The translations under genes were made by a program, and so were the position numbers. Below, piece by piece: positions 7,714 through 17,034 of a DNA stretch of 47,827 nt (the first letter of the stretch is position 1; every line of letters begins with the position of its first letter). The notes below the pieces were generated by a model that saw only the letters and a program-made list of their open reading frames with translations, did not search any database and was not told the origin of the DNA. Origin of the DNA: an uncultured bacterium (GTDB lineage Bacteria; Desulfobacterota_D; UBA1144; Nemesobacterales; UBA2774); contig CBDUCG010000001.1 in the NCBI GenBank assembly GCA_965365595.1, positions 1 through 47,827 on the forward strand, given 5' to 3'.

Positions 7714-9648
7714 ATGAACATCCCCAAACCTAAAGAAATTGTCAGATTGCTGAAGAACTCAAATGGCAGAGCTATGAGATCTAAAGAGATCTCCAGACGT
7801 CTCGGTATGCCCAAGGAAGCACGTCCGATCTTAAAAAAGATAATACGTAAGATGATATCACAGGGCAAATTAGAAAGGGTTGAGGGAGGAAAGTATACTG
7901 TACCCGGTTATAAAGAATTAAGATCTAAGGGTAAAGGAAATAATCAAAAACCGGCATCTTCGGGTTCAGGAGTCAGACTCAAAGGGGTAGCAAAAAACGG
8001 GCTTGTAATCGGCAAGTTCATAAGAACAGGAAAAACCGGCAAAATTATCCCAAGAGATGTGCTCATACCTCACATTCTTCTACAACCAGCGGATATCAAG
8101 CAAATCAGAAATAACACCCTTGTTGTGGCAGAGCTCCAAAACAAGATTTCAAGAAGCGGCAGGTTAAAAGGAAGGATTATTGAGGTCCTAGGCAGATCGG
8201 GTGATCTTGATACAGAGAAGAAGGGTCTTCTGGTAGAATATGATCTTTCTCAAGAGTTTCCAAATAATGTCAAATCAGACCTTGATAAAATATCCGAGCA
8301 AATCCCGGGCACAGAAATAAAACATAGAGTTGATTTAAGAAAAAGGACAATATTTACGATTGACGGAGAAGATGCGAAAGATTTTGACGATGCTGTGGGT
8401 ATTCAAAAAACCAAGGGTGGATACAAACTCTGGGTGTGTATAGCGGATGTGTCCTATTATGTATCAATGGGAAGCGCAATAGATAATGAAGCTTTAAATA
8501 GGGGAACCAGTGTTTATTTGCCCGGTCATGTGATACCGATGCTGCCTGAGAAACTATCAAACAATCTTTGTAGCCTAGTGCCGTTTGAAGACCGTCTTAC
8601 TAAAACTGCTGAGATGGATTTTAATTCCCAAGGCGAGATGACCGGGTTTAAAGTTTACAATAGCATTATTAACAGCACCGCCCGTCTGACCTACACGCAA
8701 GTTGTAAAAGATGTTTCCAGTAAAGGGCATGTTCCCAAAGAGAAAAAAGATATCATTACCGTCCTTAAAACCATGCAGGAGCTATATGAAAAGATAAGGA
8801 AGCAAAGGATAAAAAGCGGCAAGCTAGATTTTGATATACCTGAGCCGAACTTGGTTAGAGATGAACTTGGAAGAGTGGTCGACGTAATCAAATCAAAAAG
8901 GAACTTTGCCCACGAGATGATTGAGGAGTTTATGATTGCTGCTAACGTAGCTGTCGCAAGTTATCTCTGTGATCTGAAAGTTCCCTCGTTATACCGTATC
9001 CATGAAACACCCGATGAGGACTCGCTTATAAAGCTTAAAGAAGGTTTGAAAAAATTAGGCTATATGCTTTCGGCAAGCCAGGATATTAATACTCATGATC
9101 TTCAAAGAATTATTGACCAATCCAAGGGGACGAATGAAGAAGTGCCAGTTAATATGTTAATTCTCCGTTCATTAAAAAGAGCTTTTTATTCCGCACTTGA
9201 TGAAGAGCATTTCGGTTTAGCTCTGGTGCATTATACACATTTCACTTCTCCAATAAGACGATACCCTGACCTCATAGTTCACAGAATACTCGATTCTATC
9301 TTTGTAAAAAAATCTCCCCCATATGATGAAAAAACCGTCGAATGGATAGCTGAGCATTCTTCCAAGATGGAGAGACTTGCCAACGAGGCCGAACGTGAAG
9401 CTATGAGTATTGAGAGAACTCAGCTGATGAAGCCATACATCGGAGAAGAGTTTGACGGAATAGTTATAAGCGTGTTGCCGTTCGGGATGTTTATAGAGAT
9501 TAAAGAGATGTTCGTTGAAGGGCTTGTCCCGAAAGACAGTGTTCCCAATTGGAGAAACAGATGGTTTGATATAGGACAAAAATTAAGAGTTAAAGTTGTA
9601 GATGCAAACCTTGAAAAGAGGGGTGTTACGCTTAATCTGGTTCATTAA
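7714..9648 (+). CDS. rnr: Ribonuclease R (RNB-family 3'-5' exoribonuclease)
   Basis: It has an N-terminal winged-HTH-like region. RNB motifs are present (IDGEDAKDFDDAV, HFTSPIRRYPDLIVHR), and a C-terminal S1 domain follows (GEEFDGIVISVLPFGMFIE). Confidence 0.93.
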   Translation: MNIPKPKEIVRLLKNSNGRAMRSKEISRRLGMPKEARPILKKIIRKMISQGKLERVEGGKYTVPGYKELRSKGKGNNQKPASSGSGVRLKGVAKNGLVIGKFIRTGKTGKIIPRDVLIPHILLQPADIKQIRNNTLVVAELQNKISRSGRLKGRIIEVLGRSGDLDTEKKGLLVEYDLSQEFPNNVKSDLDKISEQIPGTEIKHRVDLRKRTIFTIDGEDAKDFDDAVGIQKTKGGYKLWVCIADVSYYVSMGSAIDNEALNRGTSVYLPGHVIPMLPEKLSNNLCSLVPFEDRLTKTAEMDFNSQGEMTGFKVYNSIINSTARLTYTQVVKDVSSKGHVPKEKKDIITVLKTMQELYEKIRKQRIKSGKLDFDIPEPNLVRDELGRVVDVIKSKRNFAHEMIEEFMIAANVAVASYLCDLKVPSLYRIHETPDEDSLIKLKEGLKKLGYMLSASQDINTHDLQRIIDQSKGTNEEVPVNMLILRSLKRAFYSALDEEHFGLALVHYTHFTSPIRRYPDLIVHRILDSIFVKKSPPYDEKTVEWIAEHSSKMERLANEAEREAMSIERTQLMKPYIGEEFDGIVISVLPFGMFIEIKEMFVEGLVPKDSVPNWRNRWFDIGQKLRVKVVDANLEKRGVTLNLVH

Positions 9649-9753
9649 AGCTGATAACTATAGCCTCTTATATCTCTACTTTAAATAAACCTTTCATTCC
9701 AAATATAAGCACTATATAGATAGCAAAAAGATTATTACTATCCAGTCGACGTG

Positions 9754-9922
9754 CTATTTGTACACTCCAAATGAGTTTCTTTTGTAATCAATATGAATTT
9801 CCTTAATCACTCCGTCTTTTCCCAGAGGTTTTTGTCCGGGATAAACCAGAGAAGTCCAGAAATCTGCAACCAAAAACCAGTTCGGGGTCGGCGCAATCAA
9901 GGCCGATTATCAATAACTTCAT
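9754..9922 (-). pseudogene. Possible degraded remnant of an alkaline-phosphatase/nucleotide-pyrophosphatase-family gene
   Basis: A 40-codon ORF (MKLLIIGLDCADPELVFG...) starts by ATGA overlap with the protease stop. A second frame continues as ...DFWTSLVYPGQKPLGKDG.... Both pieces resemble N-terminal motifs of that family, but they are frameshifted and truncated. Confidence 0.25.
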
Positions 9923-11958
9923 ATTTTATTTTCTTTTCGTTTCTTAATTAAAATGCTTCCGCCAAAAACTATAGCGGGGATAAATAATACAAGTAAATTT
10001 AATAAAGCGCTGTTTATCATGCTATTTGCAACAGGTCCCTGTAGCGAACATCCGCCGCCACCATCATTGTTATCATTTCCAGGCGGTTGAGTGGTAGATG
10101 GAGTTGGTGTACCTGTTGGAGTTGCTGAGGGAGTAGGCGATGCAGATGGAGTTGCTGTTGCAGTCGGCGTAGCTGTGGGGCCTGCAGCCAAAATAGACTG
10201 GACTGCAGCAAAGGCGTCTATTCGTCCAAATCCCGATGTGTTGTCGAATCCGGGTTGACCGAGATCCACTGCAGTGCTCGTCATAGCGTTTTTAACTTCA
10301 GTAACTTGTCTTTGTGCAATAGAAGGATCAGATGCAGCAGAAAGAACCTCTGTAGATTCCATGGCCTCCAATACTAATGCACCAACTGCTGCTGCATGAG
10401 GTGCTGCTGCTGAAGTTCCAAAGAAAGTCCCGAATCCCGGAGCCGTTGTTGAAACACCGTCAGGTGCTGCGAAGTCAGGTTTTGGTCTCAACTCAGAGAC
10501 CTCAACTTTGGTGGATATTGCGGCATCTGAAGGTGAGATTATGGATACGGGTCCACGGGAGCTGAAAGATTCAATTGTATCTGGGGTTAGCCAGTCAAAG
10601 GCTGCTGTTGCCAGAACACCAGAAGCGGCTGGATGCCCAAATATGGCGTCTTCCGGTACGTTGTATTCAACGGGACCGCCGTCCAGATTAAATTGCAATT
10701 CAAGCGTCTGTGCCGTTCCCGAGAATTTAAGTACAATTATGTCAACAAAACTTGAGCTAAAACCACTATTTTGGACTGCAGCAAACTCAAGAGGATCATC
10801 ATCTCCATTTTGCTCATCTACGCTGGAATTCAATATATCTCCTGTAATGCTATCTACGATATATAAGTCATAATCATTTGAAGAAGCCCCAAACGGATCG
10901 CTCCATTGTAAAAAGAATGCTGCAATTCCGCCGCCAGGGATTTCATATGTCATTCCCAAGTCACTGCTCTCCCCTGCCGCTGCTCCGAAATTATGTAAGT
11001 CATCATCTGAGTCTATTCCTCCGTCATCAAGATAAAATGCCTGATAGTGAGCTAGAGCGTCGTTTCCTGCTGCAGAAAAGAATAGGATTCCACTATCAAC
11101 GGCATCCTGAGCTGCCTGGGCAACCTCTCCATCCTGGAAGTAGGGCTGAGTTAAAAATCCAACATCATCTACTATTATTTCGACTCCAATACTCATAAAA
11201 TAGGATATAGCATTTAAAAACTGAGTGCTTGTAGGAAAAGCCGTGTGAAAAGCCAAATCTGCCCCGGGAGCTATGTCATGAATAATTTCAAGCATGGCTG
11301 TACCTTCGTCACCACCGAAAGCATTGCTGCCGACCTCAACAGTGCCGGGCAGGTCGCCTGTAGCTTGGGAAACCGCAAGACTGTCCACACCATCTGAAAT
11401 AACTCCAATTTTTATTCCCGTACCGTCAAATCCAAGTACACTCCTTACATTATCCGAATTTAATACACCATCTCCCTCGGTAGTTACTGATCCTGCTCTT
11501 AAGTGCGCATAGTCAGGGGGCCTCACCTTGTCGACAAATTCCAACCCGGCGGCTTCTTCCAAATTTTGATAAGGGACCCAGCCATGAACAATTTTATACT
11601 CCTCATTCATGTCCTCAACAATGAGTCCGCTGGACTTAAGCTCAGAGAGATTTTCATTACTAACTTCATTACAATAGATGAATACTTCTACATTTCCTCT
11701 GTCATCAATTTTAATAAACGGGTTTGAAAGACTGCTTAAGTTTAAGTTCTGGTCAGTGCCTCTGGTTGCAGCCTTTTCGGATATCTTTTTCACTGTTTTT
11801 CTTAAATTTGAATTCAACTTTGTACTGCCGTTTAATTCTTTTGATTTATAAGCTGAAAAATCTTGTCCGATCGAATAGTGATATGGTAGCAAACAAAAAA
11901 TACTAATAGCCATAAATAGAACTTTCTCGGATATAGTTTTCATAAAATTCCCCCGCAT
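9919..11958 (-). CDS. Secreted subtilase-like (clan SB, S8/S53-type) serine peptidase with Pro/Thr linker and C-terminal sorting signal
   Basis: It has a signal peptide. An Asp motif (GVISDGVD) and a Ser motif (GTSAAAPHAAAVGAL) are present. The C-terminal part is a PT-rich linker followed by GGGGCS, a TM helix and KKRKENKI. The start may be the ATG at 11943. The expected His motif reads DEGTAM, so the catalytic type is uncertain. Confidence 0.8.
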   Translation of the reverse strand: MRGNFMKTISEKVLFMAISIFCLLPYHYSIGQDFSAYKSKELNGSTKLNSNLRKTVKKISEKAATRGTDQNLNLSSLSNPFIKIDDRGNVEVFIYCNEVSNENLSELKSSGLIVEDMNEEYKIVHGWVPYQNLEEAAGLEFVDKVRPPDYAHLRAGSVTTEGDGVLNSDNVRSVLGFDGTGIKIGVISDGVDSLAVSQATGDLPGTVEVGSNAFGGDEGTAMLEIIHDIAPGADLAFHTAFPTSTQFLNAISYFMSIGVEIIVDDVGFLTQPYFQDGEVAQAAQDAVDSGILFFSAAGNDALAHYQAFYLDDGGIDSDDDLHNFGAAAGESSDLGMTYEIPGGGIAAFFLQWSDPFGASSNDYDLYIVDSITGDILNSSVDEQNGDDDPLEFAAVQNSGFSSSFVDIIVLKFSGTAQTLELQFNLDGGPVEYNVPEDAIFGHPAASGVLATAAFDWLTPDTIESFSSRGPVSIISPSDAAISTKVEVSELRPKPDFAAPDGVSTTAPGFGTFFGTSAAAPHAAAVGALVLEAMESTEVLSAASDPSIAQRQVTEVKNAMTSTAVDLGQPGFDNTSGFGRIDAFAAVQSILAAGPTATPTATATPSASPTPSATPTGTPTPSTTQPPGNDNNDGGGGCSLQGPVANSMINSALLNLLVLFIPAIVFGGSILIKKRKENKI

Positions 11959-12108
11959 TGTTTAATATGATGTAATACTATAACCAATCTCTGATTTGTA
12001 AGTACAAATTATTGCAGGTCTGGTATGCTGCACTCCTATAATTAATATTCAACCATTGATTTGTTAAGAAGTATCCCAAACACATAATTTCAATACCCAG
12101 AGATTAAC

Positions 12109-12198
12109 TGGCGGAGGGAGTGGGATTCGAACCCACGAGAATCTTGCGACCCCACTGGTTTTCGAGACCAGCGCCTTCGTCCGCTCGGCCATCCCTCC
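12109..12198 (-). tRNA. tRNA-Ser (anticodon CGA), long variable arm, CCA encoded
   Basis: The reverse complement reads GGAGGGATGGCCGAGCGG...ctCGAaa...GGTTCGAATCCCACTCCCTCCGCCA. Confidence 0.93.
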
Positions 12199-12299
12199 CG
12201 GCTTTTATCCAGATAAACTACCAAACCATCTATATTAAGGCAATAATCAGGAAGTTGTGCAGTCTGTGAAACTTTAATAAATAATGTAAACTTCACTCT

Positions 12300-14810
12300 G
12301 TGCAAAAAGATTTTTTCTCTAACGGCGTAAAATCAACCATTAAAACAACTATAGAAAATGCCTCGGGCAACGAGGTTTTTTTCGTAGGCTCTTTTTCAAA
12401 GGATAAAGTTATTGATAATGTGCAGGTGATCGCCAGGGGAAATGACTACTCTGTCCCGGCGGTAATAGAAGCCGCAAGCCCTGGAGAAGTGGTTATTCAC
12501 AATCACCCCTCAGGCAAGCTTTCTCCGTCCAACCAGGATATTCAAATTGCCTCTGTTTTAGGTAACCACGGGGTGGGTTTTCTGATAATAAACAATGACG
12601 CTTCGCTAGTTTATGTCGTTGTTGAGCCATTTTTCGAAAAAGAAATTGAGCCGCTTGATGTTGAGGAAAACAAAAAAACTCTTCTTCCTGAGGGCCAAGT
12701 TGCTCGTGGAATGGGAGATAAATATGAGCTCCGTCAGGAACAGCTCCAGATGCTCGAATCTGTTACCACAGCATTTAATAATAACGAAATATCTTTGATT
12801 GAAGCAGGTACCGGGACAGGGAAAACACTTTCATATTTAGTTCCGGCTGTGAATTGGGCATTAAAAAATGAAGAGCGGGTCGTTATTTCCACCAACACTA
12901 TTAATCTTCAAGAACAGCTCATAGATAAAGACATACCGCTTTTATACGACGCGTTTGATGATGATTTCAAATACTCTTTGGTAAAGGGGATGAGAAATTA
13001 CCTCTGTTTATTAAGAACCGAGACGATTCAGGACGGACTTTTTGAAATGGCGGACGAGGACGAGGTCGGCTCTATTGATGACATCTTGGAATGGGCAAAA
13101 ATTACTGAAGACGGATCATTGTCCGACCTTAACTTTACTCCTCCGGATAGTGTGTGGGAGAAAGTATCAGCGGAAAGTGACAGCTGCCTCAGGGCAAGAT
13201 GTCCCTATTATTCCAGATGCTTTTTCTATAAATCCAGAAGAGAAATTGCATCATCTCAGCTATTAATCGTAAACCACCATCTCTTATTCTCCGACCTTGC
13301 CATTAAAAGCGCGTCTGAGAGCAGTGAAGCGGGGATTTTGCCGCCGTTTAAAAGAATTATTTTTGACGAGGCTCATCATCTAAATGACGCCGCAACATCA
13401 CATTTTGGCATGCGCGCTACCAAGTTCGGAATTCTGAGAGTGCTTAGAAGACTCAAGCGGAAAGGCAAAGGAGGGCAGGGGAAGGGACTTATTTACTACA
13501 CAGCCGCGCTGGCTACAAAGCTCATAAAAATGCAGAAAAAAGGGGTAGTTAACGACCTACTTAAAAAAGTGGATGACTTACTGTCTACTAAGGTAGATAC
13601 GCTCGAGCAGTATGTTGGGGACTCTTTCGATGCTCTGTATACATTGTGTCTGGGTGTGGTGCAGGAGAATGAAAGCGGAAAGGAAGAGATCAATATCCGT
13701 ATTACAGATGAGATCCTTAAGCTCGAAGGTTGGGGTAATATAGATAAAAAATTCTCCATCCTCAGAATAAGACTCAAAGAACTGCATGAAGAAATAAAAG
13801 CTATAACGGATATCTTGATTGACTACGAAGTTGAAAATGATATTGCTAAGCTCATAGTTGAGTTCAGGGGGATAGGAAACAAACTCGATTACTACTCTGA
13901 CGTAGTTAGCACCTTCCTAAGCGCGGAAGACGATGGATTTGTTAGGTGGGTAGAGGGAAGGATGGGAAGAGGGGGCATTTTATCAGGTATAGGTCTGTCT
14001 CCTCTTGATGTGTCGCCTAGGCTCAAGGAAAGGCTCTACTCAAAATGCGATACTGTTGTTATGACTTCGGCGACCATGGCAGTTAATAAGAACTTCGGAT
14101 TTCTTAAATCCGGCCTCGGCCTCGAAGACGAACAAAGAGTTGATGAGCTGATATTGCCTTCACCCTTTAATTATGAAGAGCAGTTGTTATTGATGATTCC
14201 CGATGATATACCTGAGCCCGGGAATATCGGATACGCAGAAGCAATCTCCGTCCTAATCAGGGATGCTGTAATGGCTTCTAAAGGTAACGCGCTAATATTG
14301 TTTACATCCTATGCTCTTCTTGAGACTGTTTATAGAAATATTCACAGTGAGCTTGAAGACGATGGGATTCTTGCTCTTAAACAGGGCGCCTTCCCAAGGG
14401 CGAGACTTCTGGACAAATTCCGAATAGAAGACAACTCTGTCCTCTTTGCTACAGATAGTTTTTGGGAAGGGGTAGATGTTCCCGGTGATGCGCTCAAGCT
14501 AGTTATTATCGCCAGGCTCCCATTCAGAGTCCCGACCGAGCCGATAATAGAAGCCAGGGTCGAGTATATGGAGAACCAGGGGCTCAATTCCTTTACCGAC
14601 TACAGCGTGCCTGTAGCGGTGCTAAAATTTAAACAGGGTTTTGGCCGGCTAATCAGGACAAAAACTGACAAGGGTGCTGTACTCGTTTTGGATAAAAGGG
14701 TGATAAGTAAATTCTATGGTAAGTATTTTTTGAACTCCCTGCCGGACTGTGCCAAGTTAATAGACAGCTCAGATAATGTAGTATCCGTGCTAAAGGCATT
14801 TCTAATGTAA
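12300..14810 (+). CDS. dinG: DinG/XPD-family Fe-S ATP-dependent DNA helicase with N-terminal RadC-type JAB (JAMM) domain
   Basis: GTG start. Residues 1-~110 carry E25 and H67-N-H-PSGKLSP-S-NQ-D80, which matches HxH-x7-S-xx-D. The helicase part has Walker A (AGTGTGKT), a 4-Cys cluster (YLCLL...CLRARCPYYSRC), DEAH (FDEAHHL) and C-terminal helicase motifs (ATDSFWEGVD, QGFGRLIR). Confidence 0.9.
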   Translation: MQKDFFSNGVKSTIKTTIENASGNEVFFVGSFSKDKVIDNVQVIARGNDYSVPAVIEAASPGEVVIHNHPSGKLSPSNQDIQIASVLGNHGVGFLIINNDASLVYVVVEPFFEKEIEPLDVEENKKTLLPEGQVARGMGDKYELRQEQLQMLESVTTAFNNNEISLIEAGTGTGKTLSYLVPAVNWALKNEERVVISTNTINLQEQLIDKDIPLLYDAFDDDFKYSLVKGMRNYLCLLRTETIQDGLFEMADEDEVGSIDDILEWAKITEDGSLSDLNFTPPDSVWEKVSAESDSCLRARCPYYSRCFFYKSRREIASSQLLIVNHHLLFSDLAIKSASESSEAGILPPFKRIIFDEAHHLNDAATSHFGMRATKFGILRVLRRLKRKGKGGQGKGLIYYTAALATKLIKMQKKGVVNDLLKKVDDLLSTKVDTLEQYVGDSFDALYTLCLGVVQENESGKEEINIRITDEILKLEGWGNIDKKFSILRIRLKELHEEIKAITDILIDYEVENDIAKLIVEFRGIGNKLDYYSDVVSTFLSAEDDGFVRWVEGRMGRGGILSGIGLSPLDVSPRLKERLYSKCDTVVMTSATMAVNKNFGFLKSGLGLEDEQRVDELILPSPFNYEEQLLLMIPDDIPEPGNIGYAEAISVLIRDAVMASKGNALILFTSYALLETVYRNIHSELEDDGILALKQGAFPRARLLDKFRIEDNSVLFATDSFWEGVDVPGDALKLVIIARLPFRVPTEPIIEARVEYMENQGLNSFTDYSVPVAVLKFKQGFGRLIRTKTDKGAVLVLDKRVISKFYGKYFLNSLPDCAKLIDSSDNVVSVLKAFLM

Positions 14811-14858
14811 TGAACATGGCACGATACTATATTTCTTTAAGTTGTTGTATTAAAAATA

Positions 14859-15023
14859 TTAGCTCAAATTAATTGACGATGCGCTACCTTCGGGCACATC
14901 AACGGAGCCTGAGCAGTGAACGACTCCCGGCGCTATCAGCACAACGGCCAGGCTTGTGAATAGAAATGATACTCTAAGAGCTTTTAATAACTTTTTTGGC
15001 AATTTCAATTGGTAATCCTCCAT
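14859..15023 (-). CDS. Possible small secreted peptide (54 aa), not in the ORF track
   Basis: MEDYQLKLPKKLLKALRVSFLFTSLAVVLIAPGVVHCSGS... has a hydrophobic signal-like core then a Cys. The SD is weak. It starts 20 nt after the upstream small ORF. Confidence 0.25.
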   Translation of the reverse strand: MEDYQLKLPKKLLKALRVSFLFTSLAVVLIAPGVVHCSGSVDVPEGSASSINLS

Positions 15024-15043
15024 ATAAATCTGGTTTTTTTAAG

Positions 15044-15211
15044 CTAATTGCTTTCAACTATAGTGTTAAGAATTTTAATTTTTTCAGAGTCTTTTGAAGA
15101 GTTCCCTATACTACCCTCACACTGGCATCCGTAAATAAATGTCACCGTTATCAATAAGGTTAGTGTGAGCAAAGCATTTTTATTTTTTCTTATTATTGAT
15201 ATGAGCCTCAT
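15044..15211 (-). CDS. Possible small lipoprotein (55 aa), not in the ORF track
   Basis: MRLISIIRKNKNALLTLTLLITVTFIYG|CQCEGS... has a lipobox-like site, and a GAGGAGA SD lies 4 nt from the ATG. Confidence 0.4.
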   Translation of the reverse strand: MRLISIIRKNKNALLTLTLLITVTFIYGCQCEGSIGNSSKDSEKIKILNTIVESN

Positions 15212-15308
15212 ATCTCTCCTCAAATGGTAGTGATTAAATCAAAGGATATCATAGTAAGAATATCTGGGCAACAAGTTTTATACTTCCTTCCTTACTCAAT
15301 TAGGCAGT

Positions 15309-16082
15309 TTAGGAGTTAAGTTTTTTGGCGATTTTTCTTACTAAAAGTCTTGGAGTGAAGCGGTTTAAGAATGGCACAATTTGCTGTTTCAACCCGGGGA
15401 TTACAATTGTCTGACCTTTCCTGAATCCCTGGTATCCTGCTTTAACTACAGGTTCCATATCCATTAGACTGACTTTAAAAAGAAGAGAGTCTTCAAGGTC
15501 GGACTTTTCGCCGAACTCGGTTTTTACTGGGCCTGGCGCGAGGCATGAAATTTTGATATTAGGGTTTGATACCTCTTCCGCAAGTGCCTCAGTAAAAGAA
15601 AGCACAAAAGCCTTTGTAGCAAAATAAACTGCAAGGTTGGGTCCCGGTTGAAATCCTGCGAGTGAACCCACGTTTAATACACCGCCATAACCCCTTTCAA
15701 TGATTCCGGGAATAAACAGTCTTGTCAGATGAAACAGCGCCACCAAGTTTACTTGTATCATATCCAGCTGGAGATCGGTATCAAGATCTGCGACATGTCC
15801 CTTGTTGCCAAATCCGGCGTTGTTCACTACTATGTCAATTTGGATATTTTCTTTGTTTAAATGGCTAAATATTTCTTTGGGGGCAGACTTTTTTGAAAGG
15901 TCTTTGGGTAGGACGTGGATTTCAACACCGTGTTCAGATTTTAACTGTTCAGCAAGTTCATTTAACCTTTCCTCTCTTCGTGCAACTAGGACCAGGTCCG
16001 ACCCATCTGCCGCGAATAATTTTGCAAGCTCCATTCCAAGCCCCGACGAAGCGCCGGTAATTAAAACAGTTTCTTTAGCCAT
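15309..16082 (-). CDS. Short-chain dehydrogenase/reductase (SDR family)
   Basis: It has TGASSGLG (the TGxxxGxG motif), NNAG and YFATK (the YxxxK motif). Confidence 0.9.
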   Translation of the reverse strand: MAKETVLITGASSGLGMELAKLFAADGSDLVLVARREERLNELAEQLKSEHGVEIHVLPKDLSKKSAPKEIFSHLNKENIQIDIVVNNAGFGNKGHVADLDTDLQLDMIQVNLVALFHLTRLFIPGIIERGYGGVLNVGSLAGFQPGPNLAVYFATKAFVLSFTEALAEEVSNPNIKISCLAPGPVKTEFGEKSDLEDSLLFKVSLMDMEPVVKAGYQGFRKGQTIVIPGLKQQIVPFLNRFTPRLLVRKIAKKLNS

Positions 16083-16159
16083 TTTTTACCTCGTTTAAAA
16101 ATTGATTACTAATTGTTTTACACCTAAGCGTATATGATGTCAATTGCCTATGCCCATAC

Positions 16160-16858
16160 CTATTTTATATTTTTTAGATAACTAGTTCCCCCCAAACCGT
16201 TTATCTGATTTCTTATCCATCTCTCTCTCTCAATCAGATAATCAGTGGGTTTTGCCGGGGACCACAGCCTAGGATTGGGAAGTATTGCAGCAATTAACGC
16301 CGAATCAACTATATCCAAATGTTTGGCGGATTTTCCGAAGTATACTTGAGCCGCTTTATCCACTCCATATATTCCGTCTCCAGTTTCTATGACGTTCAAA
16401 TAAACCTCAAGGATCCTCTTCTTCCCCCATATTTTATCAATCAAAACTGTGAAATACGCCTCCATAAGCTTTCTCAACCAGGAGCGCTTTGGCCAGAGGA
16501 ATACATTCTTTGCCGTTTGCTGGGTAATCGTGCTTGCCCCTCGCAAGCGGCCGCCGTCAAGTTTTTCGTCAATAGCTTCTTCTATCGCCTGAAAATCAAA
16601 CCCGTCGTTAAAGGGAAAAGTCTGATCCTCTGCCGCTATAACGGCCATCTTCATATTCCCTGAAATCCCGTCATAACTTTTCCATTCTTTTTTGATTGAT
16701 CTTGTGCTTCCATCCTCTTCAAAATAGCGGATTAGCATTAACGGTGTGACGGGAGGATTCACAAATTTATAAATCATAACCCAGGCGAGGGAAATAATTA
16801 TTAACAAGACCAACAACTTGAGTATAAATATGGATAAACGTCTGAATAGCTTCTTCAT
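16160..16858 (-). CDS. mtgA: Monofunctional biosynthetic peptidoglycan transglycosylase (GT51)
   Basis: It has an N-terminal TM anchor and the GT51 motifs AAEDQTF and GASTITQQTAKN. At 232 aa it has no transpeptidase domain. Confidence 0.9.
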   Translation of the reverse strand: MKKLFRRLSIFILKLLVLLIIISLAWVMIYKFVNPPVTPLMLIRYFEEDGSTRSIKKEWKSYDGISGNMKMAVIAAEDQTFPFNDGFDFQAIEEAIDEKLDGGRLRGASTITQQTAKNVFLWPKRSWLRKLMEAYFTVLIDKIWGKKRILEVYLNVIETGDGIYGVDKAAQVYFGKSAKHLDIVDSALIAAILPNPRLWSPAKPTDYLIERERWIRNQINGLGGTSYLKNIK

Positions 16859-17034
16859 AGGCTGTATTTTTAGTGCTTTGTTTGAGTTTTAATGTTATAA
16901 TTATGTTTTAGTAAAATAATCTATTTTCTATAATATTTCCAGCATATTAAGGTGTCTGTTTTAATTGACTTTAGCTTTCAGTCATATAACATTATTGACC
17001 AATATTTAATGATGCTTAGGAGGGTTTTACCCAA

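Noticed and set aside
10080-10200. Repetitive DNA (recurring gatggagttg / gttgctg units) that could suggest a repeat array
   Set aside because: It is the coding sequence of the Pro/Thr-rich linker of the protease (minus strand). The units are imperfect, in frame and have no spacer structure, so this is not a CRISPR or a VNTR locus.
12090-12305. 71-aa minus-strand ORF in the track
   Set aside because: It lies almost entirely over the tRNA-Ser(CGA) gene, and its translation (…GWPSGRRRW…) is simply the tRNA read as protein.
14817-14832. TGGCACG motif just after dinG that looked like a sigma-54 -24 element
   Set aside because: There is no TTGC -12 element at the required spacing (the sequence reads TGGCACGatacTATAT), and no downstream plus-strand gene.
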